A DNA stretch of 64,000 nucleotides from Sedimentisphaerales bacterium (GCA_963663965.2 CAXXFK010000015.1:224001-288000), one strand, 5' to 3'. Counted from the first letter of the stretch, positions 46,444-58,265 are shown. A program made the numbers and translations. The notes: generated by a model not told the origin, from the letters alone.

Positions 46444-46483
46444 AACCGCAGTCTGTTGAACCTGTCAGACTGCGGTTTTTTTT
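46444..46483 (+). terminator. trp attenuator terminator
   Basis: AACCGCAGTCTG/CAGACTGCGGTT plus U tract; competing segment CAGACTGGCGG at 46389-46399. Confidence 0.88.
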
Positions 46484-46506
46484 CTTACACACAAGGAGTC
46501 CCAACG

Positions 46507-48669
46507 ATGTCAGAACAGATTTTTATTACCAAAGGGGGCATTACGGTAAAACGAACTCAGGTCTTTACCGATCCCGACTCAGCCATGACGGATGTTTATA
46601 AACGGATCGATCAGGCCAAAGGCTGCATCCTGGCCAGTGATTATGATTATCCCGGCCGTTACAGCCGGTGGGATATCGGCATCGTGGATCCCCCCGTCGA
46701 GATGGTCAGTACCGGCAGGGATTTTACCATGCGCGCCCTCAACGATCGCGGTATCGTATTGCTGCAAATGCTTCAATCCGTCATCACCGGCAATCCGGAT
46801 ATTGACTCTCACTCAATATCAGAACAAGAGATTTCCGCCCGGATCAAACCTGGCACCAATGACTTTCCTGAAGAGCTACGCAGTCGACAGCCCAGTGTTT
46901 TCTCAATTTTAAGAGCGCTATGCGACTTTTTGGCATGCGACGATGAGTTTTTAACCGTTTTTGGCGCATTTGGCTATGATCTGGTATTCCAATTCGAGCC
47001 CATCAACCTGAAACATGACAGATTAAATTCCGGACCTGATTGCCATTTGTTCCTGGCCGACAGGATATCCGCGATCGACCACCGTACGCAACAGGGATTC
47101 AAACTGGCCTATGAATTTGAAGATATTCAAGGCCGATCTACCGAGAGACTTGCAGTAACTGGATTGAGAAGAAAACTGGAACGGACTATCACCACCACTG
47201 AAGTCAAATCAGATCATCAACCGGATGAATACGCTGACAAAGTTCAGCAAATTCGCGAGGGATGCCATCGAGGTGATTTCTTCGAAGTCGTCCTGTCCCA
47301 GGAGTTCAGCGTCAAGTGCGGTTACTGGCCCACTGAAATATTCTCCCGCTTACGCAAACACAATCCCAGCCCCTACGATTTTCTATTTAACTTCGGCGAT
47401 GAACAACTCATTGGCGCTTCGCCGGAAATGTTCGTGCGCGTCAAAAATGGCGAAGTGGAAACCTGCCCAATCAGCGGGACCATCAAACGGGGCGCCAATC
47501 CTATGGAAGATGCTGAAAATATTCAGAAACTGCTGGCGTCCCGCAAGGATGAATCAGAGCTGACCATGTGCACCGACGTGGATCGTAATGATAAATCCAG
47601 AATCTGTGAACCGGGATCGGTCCGGGTCATTGCCCGCCGATTAATTGAAACCTATTCCAAACTATTCCATACCGTTGATCATGTCAAAGGGACGCTGAAA
47701 TCCGATTGCGACATGTTTGACGCCTTCTTGTCCCATATGTGGGCTTGCACATTAACCGGCGCCCCCAAACCGATCGCCATGCAGACTATCGAAAATATGG
47801 AAAACAGCCCAAGACGTTGGTATGGCGGCTGTGTTGGCCTGTTTACCATGAACGGTCAGCTCAATACCGGTATAACCATACGAACCGTACACTTGCAAAA
47901 TGGCGTCGCAAAAGTAAGAGCCGGGGCCACACTGCTATATGACTCGAATCCCGCGGATGAAGAAATTGAAACCCGCGTCAAAGCCAGGGCTTTCATTGAA
48001 GCGGTTACCTCCAGAGATTATGAACGTGCGGATACCTGGATACCCGACCTGATTAAAGTACGAAAAGCCAATGTGCTTTTTGTCGATAATCGAGACAGCT
48101 TTGTCCATACCCTGGCCAACTATGTCCGCCAAACCGGCGTAGACGTGACAACCTTGCGTTGTGGATTCGATCCTGCCAGACTGGATGAACTCAAGCCTGA
48201 CCTGGTTTTCATTTCACCCGGTCCGGGAACACCCGAACAATTGGGAGTTCCCAATCTGGTTGGAGAAGTGGTTAAACGCAACATCCCGTTAACCGGAGTC
48301 TGTCTTGGTCACCAGGGAATCGCGCAATATTTTGGCGCGGAACTGGGGGTTTTGGATGAACCGGTTCACGGCAAAGAATCATTTATCAAACACAACGAAA
48401 CTGGAATTTTCAGAAATATACCCGATCCGTTCAAAGCCGGGCGCTATCACAGTCTATACGTTAAAAAAGAAGGATTACCAGATTGCCTCGAAGTACTTGC
48501 GGAATCGGATGATGGCGTTATAATGTCTATCAGGCATAAAACATTGCCCATTGTCTCGATTCAGTTTCATCCTGAATCGATCATGACATTGCAGGCGGAT
48601 ATCGGCTTGAAGATTATTACGAACATTATCGAAGAGTTGACTCGTTCAAAAGGGGTAATGCCATGCTGA
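46507..48669 (+). CDS. trpE: Fused anthranilate synthase TrpE(G)
   Basis: NPSPY, GASPE, CPISGT, VDRND, GAPK; C-terminal GATase DSF, SPGPG, GVCLGHQ, QFHPES. Confidence 0.95.
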   Translation: MSEQIFITKGGITVKRTQVFTDPDSAMTDVYKRIDQAKGCILASDYDYPGRYSRWDIGIVDPPVEMVSTGRDFTMRALNDRGIVLLQMLQSVITGNPDIDSHSISEQEISARIKPGTNDFPEELRSRQPSVFSILRALCDFLACDDEFLTVFGAFGYDLVFQFEPINLKHDRLNSGPDCHLFLADRISAIDHRTQQGFKLAYEFEDIQGRSTERLAVTGLRRKLERTITTTEVKSDHQPDEYADKVQQIREGCHRGDFFEVVLSQEFSVKCGYWPTEIFSRLRKHNPSPYDFLFNFGDEQLIGASPEMFVRVKNGEVETCPISGTIKRGANPMEDAENIQKLLASRKDESELTMCTDVDRNDKSRICEPGSVRVIARRLIETYSKLFHTVDHVKGTLKSDCDMFDAFLSHMWACTLTGAPKPIAMQTIENMENSPRRWYGGCVGLFTMNGQLNTGITIRTVHLQNGVAKVRAGATLLYDSNPADEEIETRVKARAFIEAVTSRDYERADTWIPDLIKVRKANVLFVDNRDSFVHTLANYVRQTGVDVTTLRCGFDPARLDELKPDLVFISPGPGTPEQLGVPNLVGEVVKRNIPLTGVCLGHQGIAQYFGAELGVLDEPVHGKESFIKHNETGIFRNIPDPFKAGRYHSLYVKKEGLPDCLEVLAESDDGVIMSIRHKTLPIVSIQFHPESIMTLQADIGLKIITNIIEELTRSKGVMPC

Positions 48670-49673
48670 AAGATCTCACGGAAAAGTTAATTGCCGGCCA
48701 CGATTTGTCTTTCGATCTGGCACGCCAGGCAGTCGATACCATACTGGGAGGCAGTCAGTCCGAAGTAGCAATCGCCGGGTTCCTGACCGCTCTGGCGGCC
48801 AAAGGCGAATGCGCCGATGAAGTGGCAGGCATGGCCCAGGCGTTGCGTAATCACGCGGTAAAAGTGAATCCGCAACAGCGCCCGGTACTTGATATCGTTG
48901 GCACCGGTGGAGATGGTCGCTGCACCTTCAATATCAGTACAACCTCAGCGTTTGTCCTGGCCGGCGCGGGAGTGTCGGTCGCCAAACATGGCAATCGCGC
49001 CATAACCAGCAAGTGTGGCGCCGCCGACCTTCTGGCTGGATTGGGTGTCAAACTCGATGCGGCTCCTGAAACGATTGCGCAATGCATAGACCAGGCGGGT
49101 ATCGGATTTATGTTTGCCCCCATGCATCACCCTGCCATGAAATTTGTTCAACCGGTGCGGAAAGCGCTGGGATTTCGAACCGTTTTCAATATCCTGGGGC
49201 CGCTGGCCAATCCGGCATGCGCCGAGTGGATGGTGATCGGTGTCGCTCGAGAAAACCTGCTGGAAATGATGGCGCAAGCCCTGATCAAACTTGGAGTCAA
49301 ACGGGCGATGGTTGTCAGCGGCGATGGAACGGATGAACTGGTTTTAAGCGGTGTAAACCATGTGATCGACCTGGCGGGAAACGAAACCCGTCGATATACG
49401 ATTGAAGCCGATCAGTTGGGTTTGGCAAAAGGCGATATCGCGCAAATCACCAGCGATTCTCTGGAAAATAATTTGAAACTGACGCGAGGTGTTCTGGACG
49501 GCACGATATCCGGCGTCATACGCAATACGATTTTATTGAACGCTGCCGCCGGATTCTATGTGGCCGGTAAATGTCAGAGCGTAAAAGAAGGCCTTCCATT
49601 AGCCGCAAAATCGATCGATACCGGTGCAGCGCTTGCCGCTTTGGAAAAAATGACAGCCATCTCAAATTCCTGA
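48663..49673 (+). CDS. trpD: Anthranilate phosphoribosyltransferase
   Basis: DIVGTGGDG, NIST, KHGNR, RTVFNILGPL.NP. Confidence 0.96.
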   Translation: MLKDLTEKLIAGHDLSFDLARQAVDTILGGSQSEVAIAGFLTALAAKGECADEVAGMAQALRNHAVKVNPQQRPVLDIVGTGGDGRCTFNISTTSAFVLAGAGVSVAKHGNRAITSKCGAADLLAGLGVKLDAAPETIAQCIDQAGIGFMFAPMHHPAMKFVQPVRKALGFRTVFNILGPLANPACAEWMVIGVARENLLEMMAQALIKLGVKRAMVVSGDGTDELVLSGVNHVIDLAGNETRRYTIEADQLGLAKGDIAQITSDSLENNLKLTRGVLDGTISGVIRNTILLNAAAGFYVAGKCQSVKEGLPLAAKSIDTGAALAALEKMTAISNS

Positions 49674-49675
49674 CC

Positions 49676-50302
49676 ATGAAACCTAAAATTAAAATATGTG
49701 GTATTACCAATCATGACGATTTGCGCTTGACAGTTCAATTGGGCGCCGACTGGATAGGCTACAATTTCTATCCGCCCAGCCCGCGCAGCATCAGCTATCA
49801 ACTTGCCGGCCAATTGATCGATGAAAGCGGGGGATGCTCCATTGCAGTTGGATTATTTGTTAATGAATCATTAGATGAAATACGCCGGGCTTTGGATAGT
49901 TGCCCATTAAAGGTTATCCAGTTACACGGTAATGAAACTCCCGATTTTTGTCGACAGGTTAAGCACTTGGGAATCGAGGTCATGAAGGCGTTTCGGATTC
50001 GTGATTACAGGGATCTTGCGTTGTTAAACACCTATGAGGTTGATTACTATCTGCTGGACGCATATCATCCCTCTCTTTATGGCGGAACAGGGGAATCGTT
50101 TGATTGGAGCTGGCTTAAAGACATTTCACCGGATCGGAAGCTTTTTCTTGCCGGAGGGATCAATCCGGATAATATATCGGAGGCCCTTACACTGGGAATG
50201 TATGGCATCGATTTATGTAGTGGGATCGAACGTGACCCCGGTCATAAAGACCCGGAAAAGATGACCCGGTTATTTAATCAGATTAATCATGAAGTACCTT
50301 GA
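49676..50302 (+). CDS. trpF: Phosphoribosylanthranilate isomerase
   Basis: KICGIT, QLHG.E, GGTG..FDW, LAGG. Confidence 0.95.
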   Translation: MKPKIKICGITNHDDLRLTVQLGADWIGYNFYPPSPRSISYQLAGQLIDESGGCSIAVGLFVNESLDEIRRALDSCPLKVIQLHGNETPDFCRQVKHLGIEVMKAFRIRDYRDLALLNTYEVDYYLLDAYHPSLYGGTGESFDWSWLKDISPDRKLFLAGGINPDNISEALTLGMYGIDLCSGIERDPGHKDPEKMTRLFNQINHEVP

Positions 50303-50906
50303 ATCGGTTTTGCTATATGGCGGCACTTTTGATCCAATTCATGTGGGTCATATAGGTATTGCGCGTGAAGTTGCTTCAACATTGAATATCAGTAAAATCA
50401 TATTGATTCCATCGGCTCGCCCGCCTCATAAAATCGCCAATCAAATTTCTGACTTCCAGGATCGTCTGGCCATGGTTCAACTGGCCACGGATAATGATCC
50501 ATTGTTTTCAGTTTCGGATTGCGAAGCCAGACGCGAATGCCCCAGCTATACCCTGGAAACTGTTTTGGAATTCAGAAATCTATATCCTCCACCCACGACA
50601 CTTTACTGGCTGATCGGGGCAGATACAATACGAGATTTACCTGACTGGTATCGGGTTAAAGATCTGCTAAAGACCTGTATCATTGTCACCGCCCGACGAC
50701 TGGGCTGCCCCGACAACTATTCCTCATTATCGAAGGTATTTTCAAAAGCAGAAATCGAGTCTTTAAACCGGTACATTATTGATACACCTATTTTTAATGT
50801 TTCTTCTACCGAAATAAGAACTAAAATCAAATCTGGTCAGCCCATTGCCGGGCTGGTTCCTCAATCCGTTGAAAGGTATATTCATCATCACAAATTATAC
50901 CTTTAA
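50289..50906 (+). CDS. nadD: Nicotinate-nucleotide adenylyltransferase
   Basis: GGTFDPIHVGH, PPHK, SYT, IGAD, W, SSTEIR. Confidence 0.95.
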   Translation: MKYLESVLLYGGTFDPIHVGHIGIAREVASTLNISKIILIPSARPPHKIANQISDFQDRLAMVQLATDNDPLFSVSDCEARRECPSYTLETVLEFRNLYPPPTTLYWLIGADTIRDLPDWYRVKDLLKTCIIVTARRLGCPDNYSSLSKVFSKAEIESLNRYIIDTPIFNVSSTEIRTKIKSGQPIAGLVPQSVERYIHHHKLYL

Positions 50907-51412
50907 TCGATTAAGGGTCCCGTATTTAAATAAATGCTGCATTTATCGCACAGCTTGTCGTCAGATTCAGACGCCCCGATTGAGCGAAACCACAGGCGGT
51001 GTTGTTCTATGTCGAGGATTTCGCGACGGAGAAGCGGCTGAAGATGGCGGCAAGATGGGATGAAAAATGAAGGTGTTATTTATTTTCGGTCCCTAATCTC
51101 GATAAGCGACAAAACAATATCTATGATCCAAATGATTAGATTACACAATTAAAATAAGTTGCAAGGGATGATTCAGGCGTTCTGCATGATGGTATTTATC
51201 GTAACCGTTTGTAAAACAAGAAGATATTATAGCTTTGGCGATCAGGTATTTATCTGGTTTACTCTTGGATATAAACTCTTCCAAAAATGAAAAATCTGGA
51301 ATAAATCATTTTAAAATTGGATATAAAGCCAAAGTGAAGTTATAAATATTTTAGAAGACATAGATAACTTATATCTTAATTGGCTTATTAATTGATAAGA
51401 AATATCCTGGTG

Positions 51413-51997
51413 ATGTCAATGCGATGTTTTATTGCTATTGAGTTAAATTCGGCTATTAAAAAATCTCTCAACGATTTAAAAGACGCTACCGAAAAAACCG
51501 TTTCATTGGACTACAAGGCCATGCGCTGGATCAAACCGGAACATATGCATTTGACGCTCAAATTCCTGGGCGAGGTTGATGATGACATTGTACCGCCGGT
51601 TTGTCAGCTGATTAATAAAATTGCTTCTGATACGTCTCGTTTTGATATTGAATTTGGCGGATTGGGATTTTTCCCATTACGCGGGCCGGCTAGAGTCTAC
51701 TGGTGTGGCCTGAAGTCCGGCCTTGAACCGCTCAAAAATCTGCAATCGATTATCGACCATTCACTGACAGACTTAAACATCTCCCCCGAAAAACAGGCTT
51801 GGTCGCCCCATTTAACCCTTGCACGCATAAACATGGCGCAAACCGGTAAAACCATACGCAGAATACCTGATTCACTTTTTGACAATACTTGCAAAAAGCC
51901 CCTGATTCAAACCGTCGATTCCATCATGGTATTCGAAAGTGAATTATCCCGTCAAGGACCGGTTTACACCCCGCTCCATCAGGCCAGATTAATCTGA
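51413..51997 (+). CDS. thpR: RNA 2',3'-cyclic phosphodiesterase (2H family)
   Basis: R.FIAI, HLTLKFLG, PHLTLAR, S.L...GP.Y. Confidence 0.9.
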   Translation: MSMRCFIAIELNSAIKKSLNDLKDATEKTVSLDYKAMRWIKPEHMHLTLKFLGEVDDDIVPPVCQLINKIASDTSRFDIEFGGLGFFPLRGPARVYWCGLKSGLEPLKNLQSIIDHSLTDLNISPEKQAWSPHLTLARINMAQTGKTIRRIPDSLFDNTCKKPLIQTVDSIMVFESELSRQGPVYTPLHQARLI

Positions 51998-52382
51998 TTT
52001 AATGTCCCAGACTTGGATATGCGATTTTATAAACAATCCGGCTATTTCTAAATTCATCTCACATCACAGGGGATTAATCATTTCTCACTAGATCATTGCT
52101 TTATGGCTGAATAGGGCTAAAATATGATCGTCTATTTTATGATGAGCGTAAAATAAATATATATTCTTCCCCGATGCCGGCTAATTTGCCGGATTAACAA
52201 AAAATAAAGTAGGTACTGACATAATAACTAAAACCGACCCGCACCTGACCACACAGAAATTGAATGGTATTTATAGAGTGACAAAGTGAAAATTTTTGGG
52301 AATAACAATTAAGCAAATACACGTGAATCCCTCAGCTTGAATGATCGCCTGAATTAGACAACTTATAACATAATAACCCATT

Positions 52383-53336
52383 ATGACACAAGAAGATACA
52401 ACCATTAAAACTCCCCGTCGGGGCCAGTATTTCGCTGAGATCGTCGATCATAAACCCTATGCGATCGATCACATGCAATTACAGCTTAAATTAACGGAAA
52501 TTGCCGCCCTGGCCTTTCGAAAAGCCAGACCCGGGCAGTTTATCCAGATCACCTGTCACGACTTGAATCATGATCGCACTTACACCCCCCTGCTCCGCCG
52601 CCCAATCAGCATCGCCGATCTGGACATTAACGAGGATAGTTGTATAGTTACTATTATATATCGTATCGTCGGGCCGGGTACCACTTGGCTGTCAGAACGT
52701 AAAGTCGGTGAAAAAATCGACATACTGGGGCCCTTAGGGCAACCGTTTAAACTTCCCCAGGACAAAAACCAGAAATGTATATTACTTGGCGGCGGTATCG
52801 GACTGCCCCCTATGTTCTTTCTGGCCCATACGCTGCAACAGGAAGGGTACGAAAATCGCCTGGCCTTCGCGGCCGCACGCGGCCATACCAATTTGCAAAA
52901 CAGCTTTCTGATGGATGCAATCGATCCCGAACACCCCCTGAAACCGGGCCTGTCCCAGATCAATTTCAACCAGAGCCAAACCCTGTCTATACTAGCCACT
53001 GATGATGGCACCTGTGGATTTCATGGTACCATTGTCGATGCGCTTTATCTTTTTCTGAAATTGAATCCCGATTGGGAAGATACCCATTTGTTCGCCTGCG
53101 GCCCCAAACCCATGTTGCGCGCGATCGGACAATTTTCTATTGAACGTCGAATGCCCTGCCAGGTATGCCTGGAAGCCTATATGGCCTGCGGCATTGGCCT
53201 CTGCCAGTCCTGCGCAGTCGCCTTTAACGACCTGGAAGATATCAACGCCTCGATCAAAGATGCTAAATATAAGCTGGTTTGTGTCAACGGACCAGTTTTC
53301 AACGCCTGGAACGTTGATTGGGAAGAGGACTATTAA
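52383..53336 (+). CDS. pyrK: Dihydroorotate dehydrogenase electron transfer subunit
   Basis: PGQF, RRPISI, GPLG, GGG.G.PP, MACG.G.C..C...C. Confidence 0.92.
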   Translation: MTQEDTTIKTPRRGQYFAEIVDHKPYAIDHMQLQLKLTEIAALAFRKARPGQFIQITCHDLNHDRTYTPLLRRPISIADLDINEDSCIVTIIYRIVGPGTTWLSERKVGEKIDILGPLGQPFKLPQDKNQKCILLGGGIGLPPMFFLAHTLQQEGYENRLAFAAARGHTNLQNSFLMDAIDPEHPLKPGLSQINFNQSQTLSILATDDGTCGFHGTIVDALYLFLKLNPDWEDTHLFACGPKPMLRAIGQFSIERRMPCQVCLEAYMACGIGLCQSCAVAFNDLEDINASIKDAKYKLVCVNGPVFNAWNVDWEEDY

Positions 53337-53390
53337 CTTATTTTTGAATTGACCACTTGGTAAAATTCAATTTTAACTACAAGGACAATA

Positions 53391-54335
53391 ATGACCGTTC
53401 AAAATACCGATAACACCCTGTCCGTTTCTTTAGGGCAGATCCAACTCAATAATCCGATATTAACCGCCTCCGGGACATGCGGTTATTGTTTTGAGCTCAT
53501 GGACTTTTTTGATCTGAATCATTTGGGTGGATTTATCACTAAAAGCATTACCCCGGAACCAAGACTTGGCAATCCCCCTCAACGGACCTGTGAAACACCT
53601 GCTGGTCTGATTAATGCCATTGGATTGGCCAATGTCGGATTGGATAAATTTTGCGAAGAAAAAATCCCTTTGCTGGAACGGATGACAATCCCCGTTTTTG
53701 TTAATGTCGCCGGGAAAACAGTGAATGACTATTTGATTGTCGCGGAACGCATCAGCCAGATCCCTCACATTGCCGGTCTGGAAATCAATGTCAGTTGTCC
53801 CAATGTCAAAGAAGGCGGTATCAGCTTCGGAACCGATCCCAAATCGGTCTATGATCTTGTCTGTCAAATACGTAAACGATGTCCAGACACTTATCTGATT
53901 GTTAAGCTGACACCCAATGTCACCGATATCTGCGTCCCGGCTCGTGCCGCGATTGATGCCGGCGCCAATTGCCTGAGCCTGGTCAATACGTTTGTTGGCA
54001 TGGCGATCGACATCCATGCCCGCCGCCCGGTGCTTGCCAACAGAACCGGCGGCTTAAGCGGCCCAGCCATCAAACCCATGGCCGTTTATCTGGTCAACAA
54101 AGTTTATCAGCAGGTGGCCAGGCCTTCTAATATTCCTCTCATTGGTTTGGGAGGCATCAGTTGCGCCGACGATGTCGTCGAATTTATGCTCGCCGGCGCC
54201 AGCGCGGTTTCAGTTGGAACTCATATGATGATCAACCCGGCCTGCCTGGAAACCATTCTTACCGGATTGCGAAACTATATGCAGCAATATCAAATGAATA
54301 ATATACGTGACCTGACCGGGGCTCTATGCGAGTAG
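53391..54335 (+). CDS. pyrD: Dihydroorotate dehydrogenase family 1B catalytic subunit
   Basis: ASGT, NAIGL.N, EINVSCPN, KLTPN, GGLSG. Confidence 0.95.
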   Translation: MTVQNTDNTLSVSLGQIQLNNPILTASGTCGYCFELMDFFDLNHLGGFITKSITPEPRLGNPPQRTCETPAGLINAIGLANVGLDKFCEEKIPLLERMTIPVFVNVAGKTVNDYLIVAERISQIPHIAGLEINVSCPNVKEGGISFGTDPKSVYDLVCQIRKRCPDTYLIVKLTPNVTDICVPARAAIDAGANCLSLVNTFVGMAIDIHARRPVLANRTGGLSGPAIKPMAVYLVNKVYQQVARPSNIPLIGLGGISCADDVVEFMLAGASAVSVGTHMMINPACLETILTGLRNYMQQYQMNNIRDLTGALCE

Positions 54336-54336
54336 A

Positions 54337-54639
54337 GTGAATACGATGAATGAACGCCTCCAGCTTTTACGAGATTATTTTCCGACGGCCATTTATACGG
54401 GCAAGGCTTTGGTTTTTATCAGCGAAGAACACCGGGTCGAACTGACGGAATTACCCTCCCGGCATTTTACCGGTTCAAATCCCGCCTCTATCCGCGTTCG
54501 CCTGTATATCCGTAATAACAATGGTGAATTCACCGGGGGCCACTACGAAGACTTCGAAATTGATGATATCCATGACCTGGCCGGTGAAATCGAAAAATTC
54601 GTCCAGTTTTCAGTGGGAAGGAATATTAAAGAATTATAA
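54337..54639 (+). CDS. Hypothetical protein
   Basis: ~100-aa ORF directly after pyrD. Confidence 0.55.
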   Translation: MNTMNERLQLLRDYFPTAIYTGKALVFISEEHRVELTELPSRHFTGSNPASIRVRLYIRNNNGEFTGGHYEDFEIDDIHDLAGEIEKFVQFSVGRNIKEL

Positions 54640-54717
54640 AAATACCCGTGCGCCGGTCTGGATTTTCTTCCGTTTCTTTTATGGCAGGATATCACAAGGC
54701 CTGTGGTCTGTACCGTG

Positions 54718-55758
54718 CTATTTTTGTCGAAATGAGGATGGCGTTTTTCCGGTATGCCGTTTGAAAACCGTCGCAAAATACTGGCTGGAATCAAATCCAC
54801 AATGCATGGCGATATCCGTTATAGTCCGATCCGGATAGTTCTTCATGATCCGTTGGGCCATCTCTATGCGACAATGGTTCAGATACTCAGCCGGAGTCAT
54901 ATTCGTGATCAATTTGCAATGATGGGCGAATCGGCTTCGCCCCAGGTTGCAATGGCTCGCCATTTCATTCAGCGTCCAGGGATAATTCAAATGTTTTGGT
55001 AAAGCCGCCAGAAACATTTCTACACTGCGCCGGGTCGAGGCAAGATGGGCATCCAGTTCAATATTCTTTTTCTGCAATAACTCATAGAGCTCTATCAGCA
55101 AAGAATTTATATAGAATTTCAACCGGGTATGAACCCTCTCGGGCTCTTGCTCTTCAGTAAGCAATGCAATATTTTCAAAACATTCTTCCACTTTGGCATT
55201 TCCCTGCCAGACCGGATACTCATTATATCGCAACATTTCAGTGAACCGTGATAGATCCTGAGGCGAAAAAATCAGCCAGTCCGGCCATTTCCAGGTTTCA
55301 TTGGGACGACGGACGCCAACATCAAGAATTAGCCAATGCATGCGACTGGCAGTGATACTCGGATTACCCACTTTATGGGGTTGCCAGGGTCTGGTAAGCG
55401 TCAAATGACCGCTGGTCAGCGGATAGACACTTTCATTGACGACAAAATCCAGCTTGCCGCGGGTTAAATATCCAATTTCAAGACCTTCATTTCGATGGGT
55501 CTCCAAACCCCAGTTCTGATTGGTTTTCGCGTCCCATACACAGGCCAGGCATAATTCTGGAAGCATACGGACCGGTAATGCCGTTCCCGGATAACAGTTA
55601 CGGCCAAATCCGTTTAAAACCAGCTCATGATTCCTGGCTGCGGTTTTTAATGGTTCGCAAGTATCGGCACGATAAATAATATCTGTGTCATAAAATATTG
55701 CAGGAGCCGTTCTTATATCTTTTTTCGGATTCATGACTTCTTGGATTAGAATATGCAA
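54718..55758 (-). CDS. AraC family transcriptional regulator
   Basis: Cupin-like N-domain; C-terminal ITDIA..CGF.SSQYF..VFK..TG.TP. Confidence 0.92.
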   Translation of the reverse strand: MHILIQEVMNPKKDIRTAPAIFYDTDIIYRADTCEPLKTAARNHELVLNGFGRNCYPGTALPVRMLPELCLACVWDAKTNQNWGLETHRNEGLEIGYLTRGKLDFVVNESVYPLTSGHLTLTRPWQPHKVGNPSITASRMHWLILDVGVRRPNETWKWPDWLIFSPQDLSRFTEMLRYNEYPVWQGNAKVEECFENIALLTEEQEPERVHTRLKFYINSLLIELYELLQKKNIELDAHLASTRRSVEMFLAALPKHLNYPWTLNEMASHCNLGRSRFAHHCKLITNMTPAEYLNHCRIEMAQRIMKNYPDRTITDIAMHCGFDSSQYFATVFKRHTGKTPSSFRQK

Positions 55759-56067
55759 ATTTTACCAATGTTTAATTTTAGTAGATAATGAACAGTCTGT
55801 CCAATATTATTTTCAATATTCAGTCTATTCGTGAATCTCAAGACAACCGAACCTTCTCGGCATGGATTACAAATTCAACACCTAAGTAAATGAAGGATCA
55901 AAAAATAGGGACAAATTTTAATACATATGGTTGACGGCATCAGCCCTACAAGTTTACAATTGCCTTTGACCTTATCCATCCTGATCTTTCTGGCCTGATT
56001 GCAATAAAATCGGGACTTATGTGTTTGTTTTAGTACTAAATGGACATTTATCGCGAAAGGAATCATT

Positions 56068-57237
56068 ATGACAATTAACCGTAAACTGAGAATGGGAATG
56101 ATTGGCGGCGGACCGGGTGCTTTCATTGGTGAAGTCCACAGAAAAGCAGCCCGAATGGATGGCCAGATTGAACTGGTGGCCGGCGCTTTTGACATCGATC
56201 CCAAAAAATCGATAAAAATGGGCAAGGAATTATATCTGAATCCCAAACGCGCTTATGGTACCTATACCGAAATGATCGAAACCGAACTGGCGCTTCCTGC
56301 TGAAGAACGCATTGATTTTGTGACCATTACTACCCCCAATAACTGGCATTTCCCCATCGCCCGTGATTTTCTTAAAGCGGGTTTCCATGTCATGTGCGAA
56401 AAACCCATGACCTTCAATGTGGCAGAAGCGCGCCAGCTCAATCAACTGGTCAAAAAAACCGGCAAAGTTTTCGGTTTAATGCACAATTACACGGGTTATC
56501 CGATGGTCAAACTGGCCAAAGACATGGTCAAACAAGGCGATCTGGGTAATATCCGCAAAATTATCGTACAATATCCCCAGGGTTGGCTGGCCAGGTTTAT
56601 CGACAAACAGTCCATGCAGGCATCCTGGCGCACCGATCCCAAACAGAGCGGCGCCGCCGGTAGCATGGGCGACATTGGCACTCACGCCGAAAACCTGGCC
56701 GAATACATTACCGGCCTGAAAATCACTCATCTCTGCGCCGACCTGAATATTTTTGTCAAGGGACGGCGGTTGGATGACGATGGCAATTGCCTGCTCAAAT
56801 TCAATAATGGCGCCAGCGGTATTCTCCATGCCAGCCAGATCTCTATCGGTGAAGAAAACGGCCTGGCGATCTGGGTATACGGGGAAAAGAAATCTCTGGA
56901 GTGGCATCAGGAACATCCCAATTATCTATACGTCAAAGAACCGGACGGCCCCGTACAAGTCTGGCGCCGGGGTAATGAATACATCACCAAAAAAAGTCCT
57001 GCGGCGGGTCGCGCCACACGGCTGCCATCCGGCCACCCGGAAGCATTCTTTGAAGCATTTGCTAATAACTATGCTAATTTTGCCGAAACCGTTAAAGCCA
57101 ATATTGAAGGCAAGAAACCCAGTCCGCTGGCCCTGGATTTCCCCAATGTTGAAGATGGACTGCGCGGGATGCTCTTCATCGAAACAGTGGTTGCCGCTGG
57201 CAAATCCAAACAGAAATGGACCCCCTTTAAGAAATAA
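56068..57237 (+). CDS. Gfo/Idh/MocA oxidoreductase
   Basis: GGG.G.FIG.VH, TPN..H, CEKP, WRTDP, DIGTH. Confidence 0.92.
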   Translation: MTINRKLRMGMIGGGPGAFIGEVHRKAARMDGQIELVAGAFDIDPKKSIKMGKELYLNPKRAYGTYTEMIETELALPAEERIDFVTITTPNNWHFPIARDFLKAGFHVMCEKPMTFNVAEARQLNQLVKKTGKVFGLMHNYTGYPMVKLAKDMVKQGDLGNIRKIIVQYPQGWLARFIDKQSMQASWRTDPKQSGAAGSMGDIGTHAENLAEYITGLKITHLCADLNIFVKGRRLDDDGNCLLKFNNGASGILHASQISIGEENGLAIWVYGEKKSLEWHQEHPNYLYVKEPDGPVQVWRRGNEYITKKSPAAGRATRLPSGHPEAFFEAFANNYANFAETVKANIEGKKPSPLALDFPNVEDGLRGMLFIETVVAAGKSKQKWTPFKK

Positions 57238-57261
57238 ACTCAATTAACTGGAGACCTGAAC

Positions 57262-58257
57262 ATGGCAAGACCTGTAACTCTCTTCACCGGTCAGTGGGCC
57301 GATTTACCACTGAAAGAACTCGCCGCCACCGCTGCCGATTTCGGCTATGACGGATTGGAATTAGCCTGTTGGGGCGACCATATGGACGTCAATAAAGCCG
57401 CCACGGACAAGGCTTATTGCGAAAAACAAATTAAAATCCTTTCCGATAATAATCTCCAGGTATTCGCGATCAGTCACCATCTGGCCGGACAACTCGTTTG
57501 CGACCTGAATAACGATAGCCGTTCCGATGGCTTTGCCCCGGCTGATTGCGCCGGTAATGCTGAAAAGAAACGTGCCTGGGCCGTTGAAACCATGAAAAAC
57601 GCCGCCCGGGCCGCCAAAAACCTCGGCCTTAAAGTCGTAAACGGCTTTACCGGATCATCCATCTGGCATATGCTCTATAGTTTCCCTCCGGTGACGGAAC
57701 AGATGATTGAGGACGGCTTCAAATATTTCGCGCAGATGTGGAATCCCATCCTTGATGTCTATGATGAATGCGATGTCAAATTCGCTCTCGAAGTTCACCC
57801 GACTGAAATTGCCTTCGATATCGTTACCGCCAGACGCGCTCTGGAAGCCGTTGGAAATCGTGAAGCCTTTGGGTTCAATTTCGATCCCAGCCATCTGCAC
57901 TGGCAGATGGTCGATCCGGCCCTGTTTATCCATGAATTCAAGGATCGGATCTATCACGTCCATATGAAAGATGCCGCATTACAATTGAACGGCTATCGCG
58001 GCATTCTTGCTTCTCATTTGAATTTTGGCAACCCCAACCGTGGTTGGGATTTTCGATCTCTCGGTCATGGTGGTGTGGATTTTGAAGAAATTATCCGTGC
58101 CCTCAATCATATCGGTTACAATGGCCCGCTCTCTGTCGAATGGGAAGACTGCGGCATGAACCGGTTGCGCGGCGCCCGCGAAGCATGTCAGTTCGTCAAG
58201 GATATCGATTTCAGTCCATCCGATGTCGTGTTTGACGAAGCCTTCGATAAGAAATAA
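57262..58257 (+). CDS. Sugar phosphate isomerase/epimerase (xylose isomerase-like TIM barrel)
   Basis: [36 protein letters not shown]. Confidence 0.9.
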   Translation: MARPVTLFTGQWADLPLKELAATAADFGYDGLELACWGDHMDVNKAATDKAYCEKQIKILSDNNLQVFAISHHLAGQLVCDLNNDSRSDGFAPADCAGNAEKKRAWAVETMKNAARAAKNLGLKVVNGFTGSSIWHMLYSFPPVTEQMIEDGFKYFAQMWNPILDVYDECDVKFALEVHPTEIAFDIVTARRALEAVGNREAFGFNFDPSHLHWQMVDPALFIHEFKDRIYHVHMKDAALQLNGYRGILASHLNFGNPNRGWDFRSLGHGGVDFEEIIRALNHIGYNGPLSVEWEDCGMNRLRGAREACQFVKDIDFSPSDVVFDEAFDKK

Positions 58258-58265
58258 GAAACCTT

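Noticed and set aside
50907..51391. Possible ncRNA or small gene in the nadD-thpR gap (also 52000-52380)
   Set aside because: No convincing structure, RBS-led ORF or recognisable riboswitch by eye
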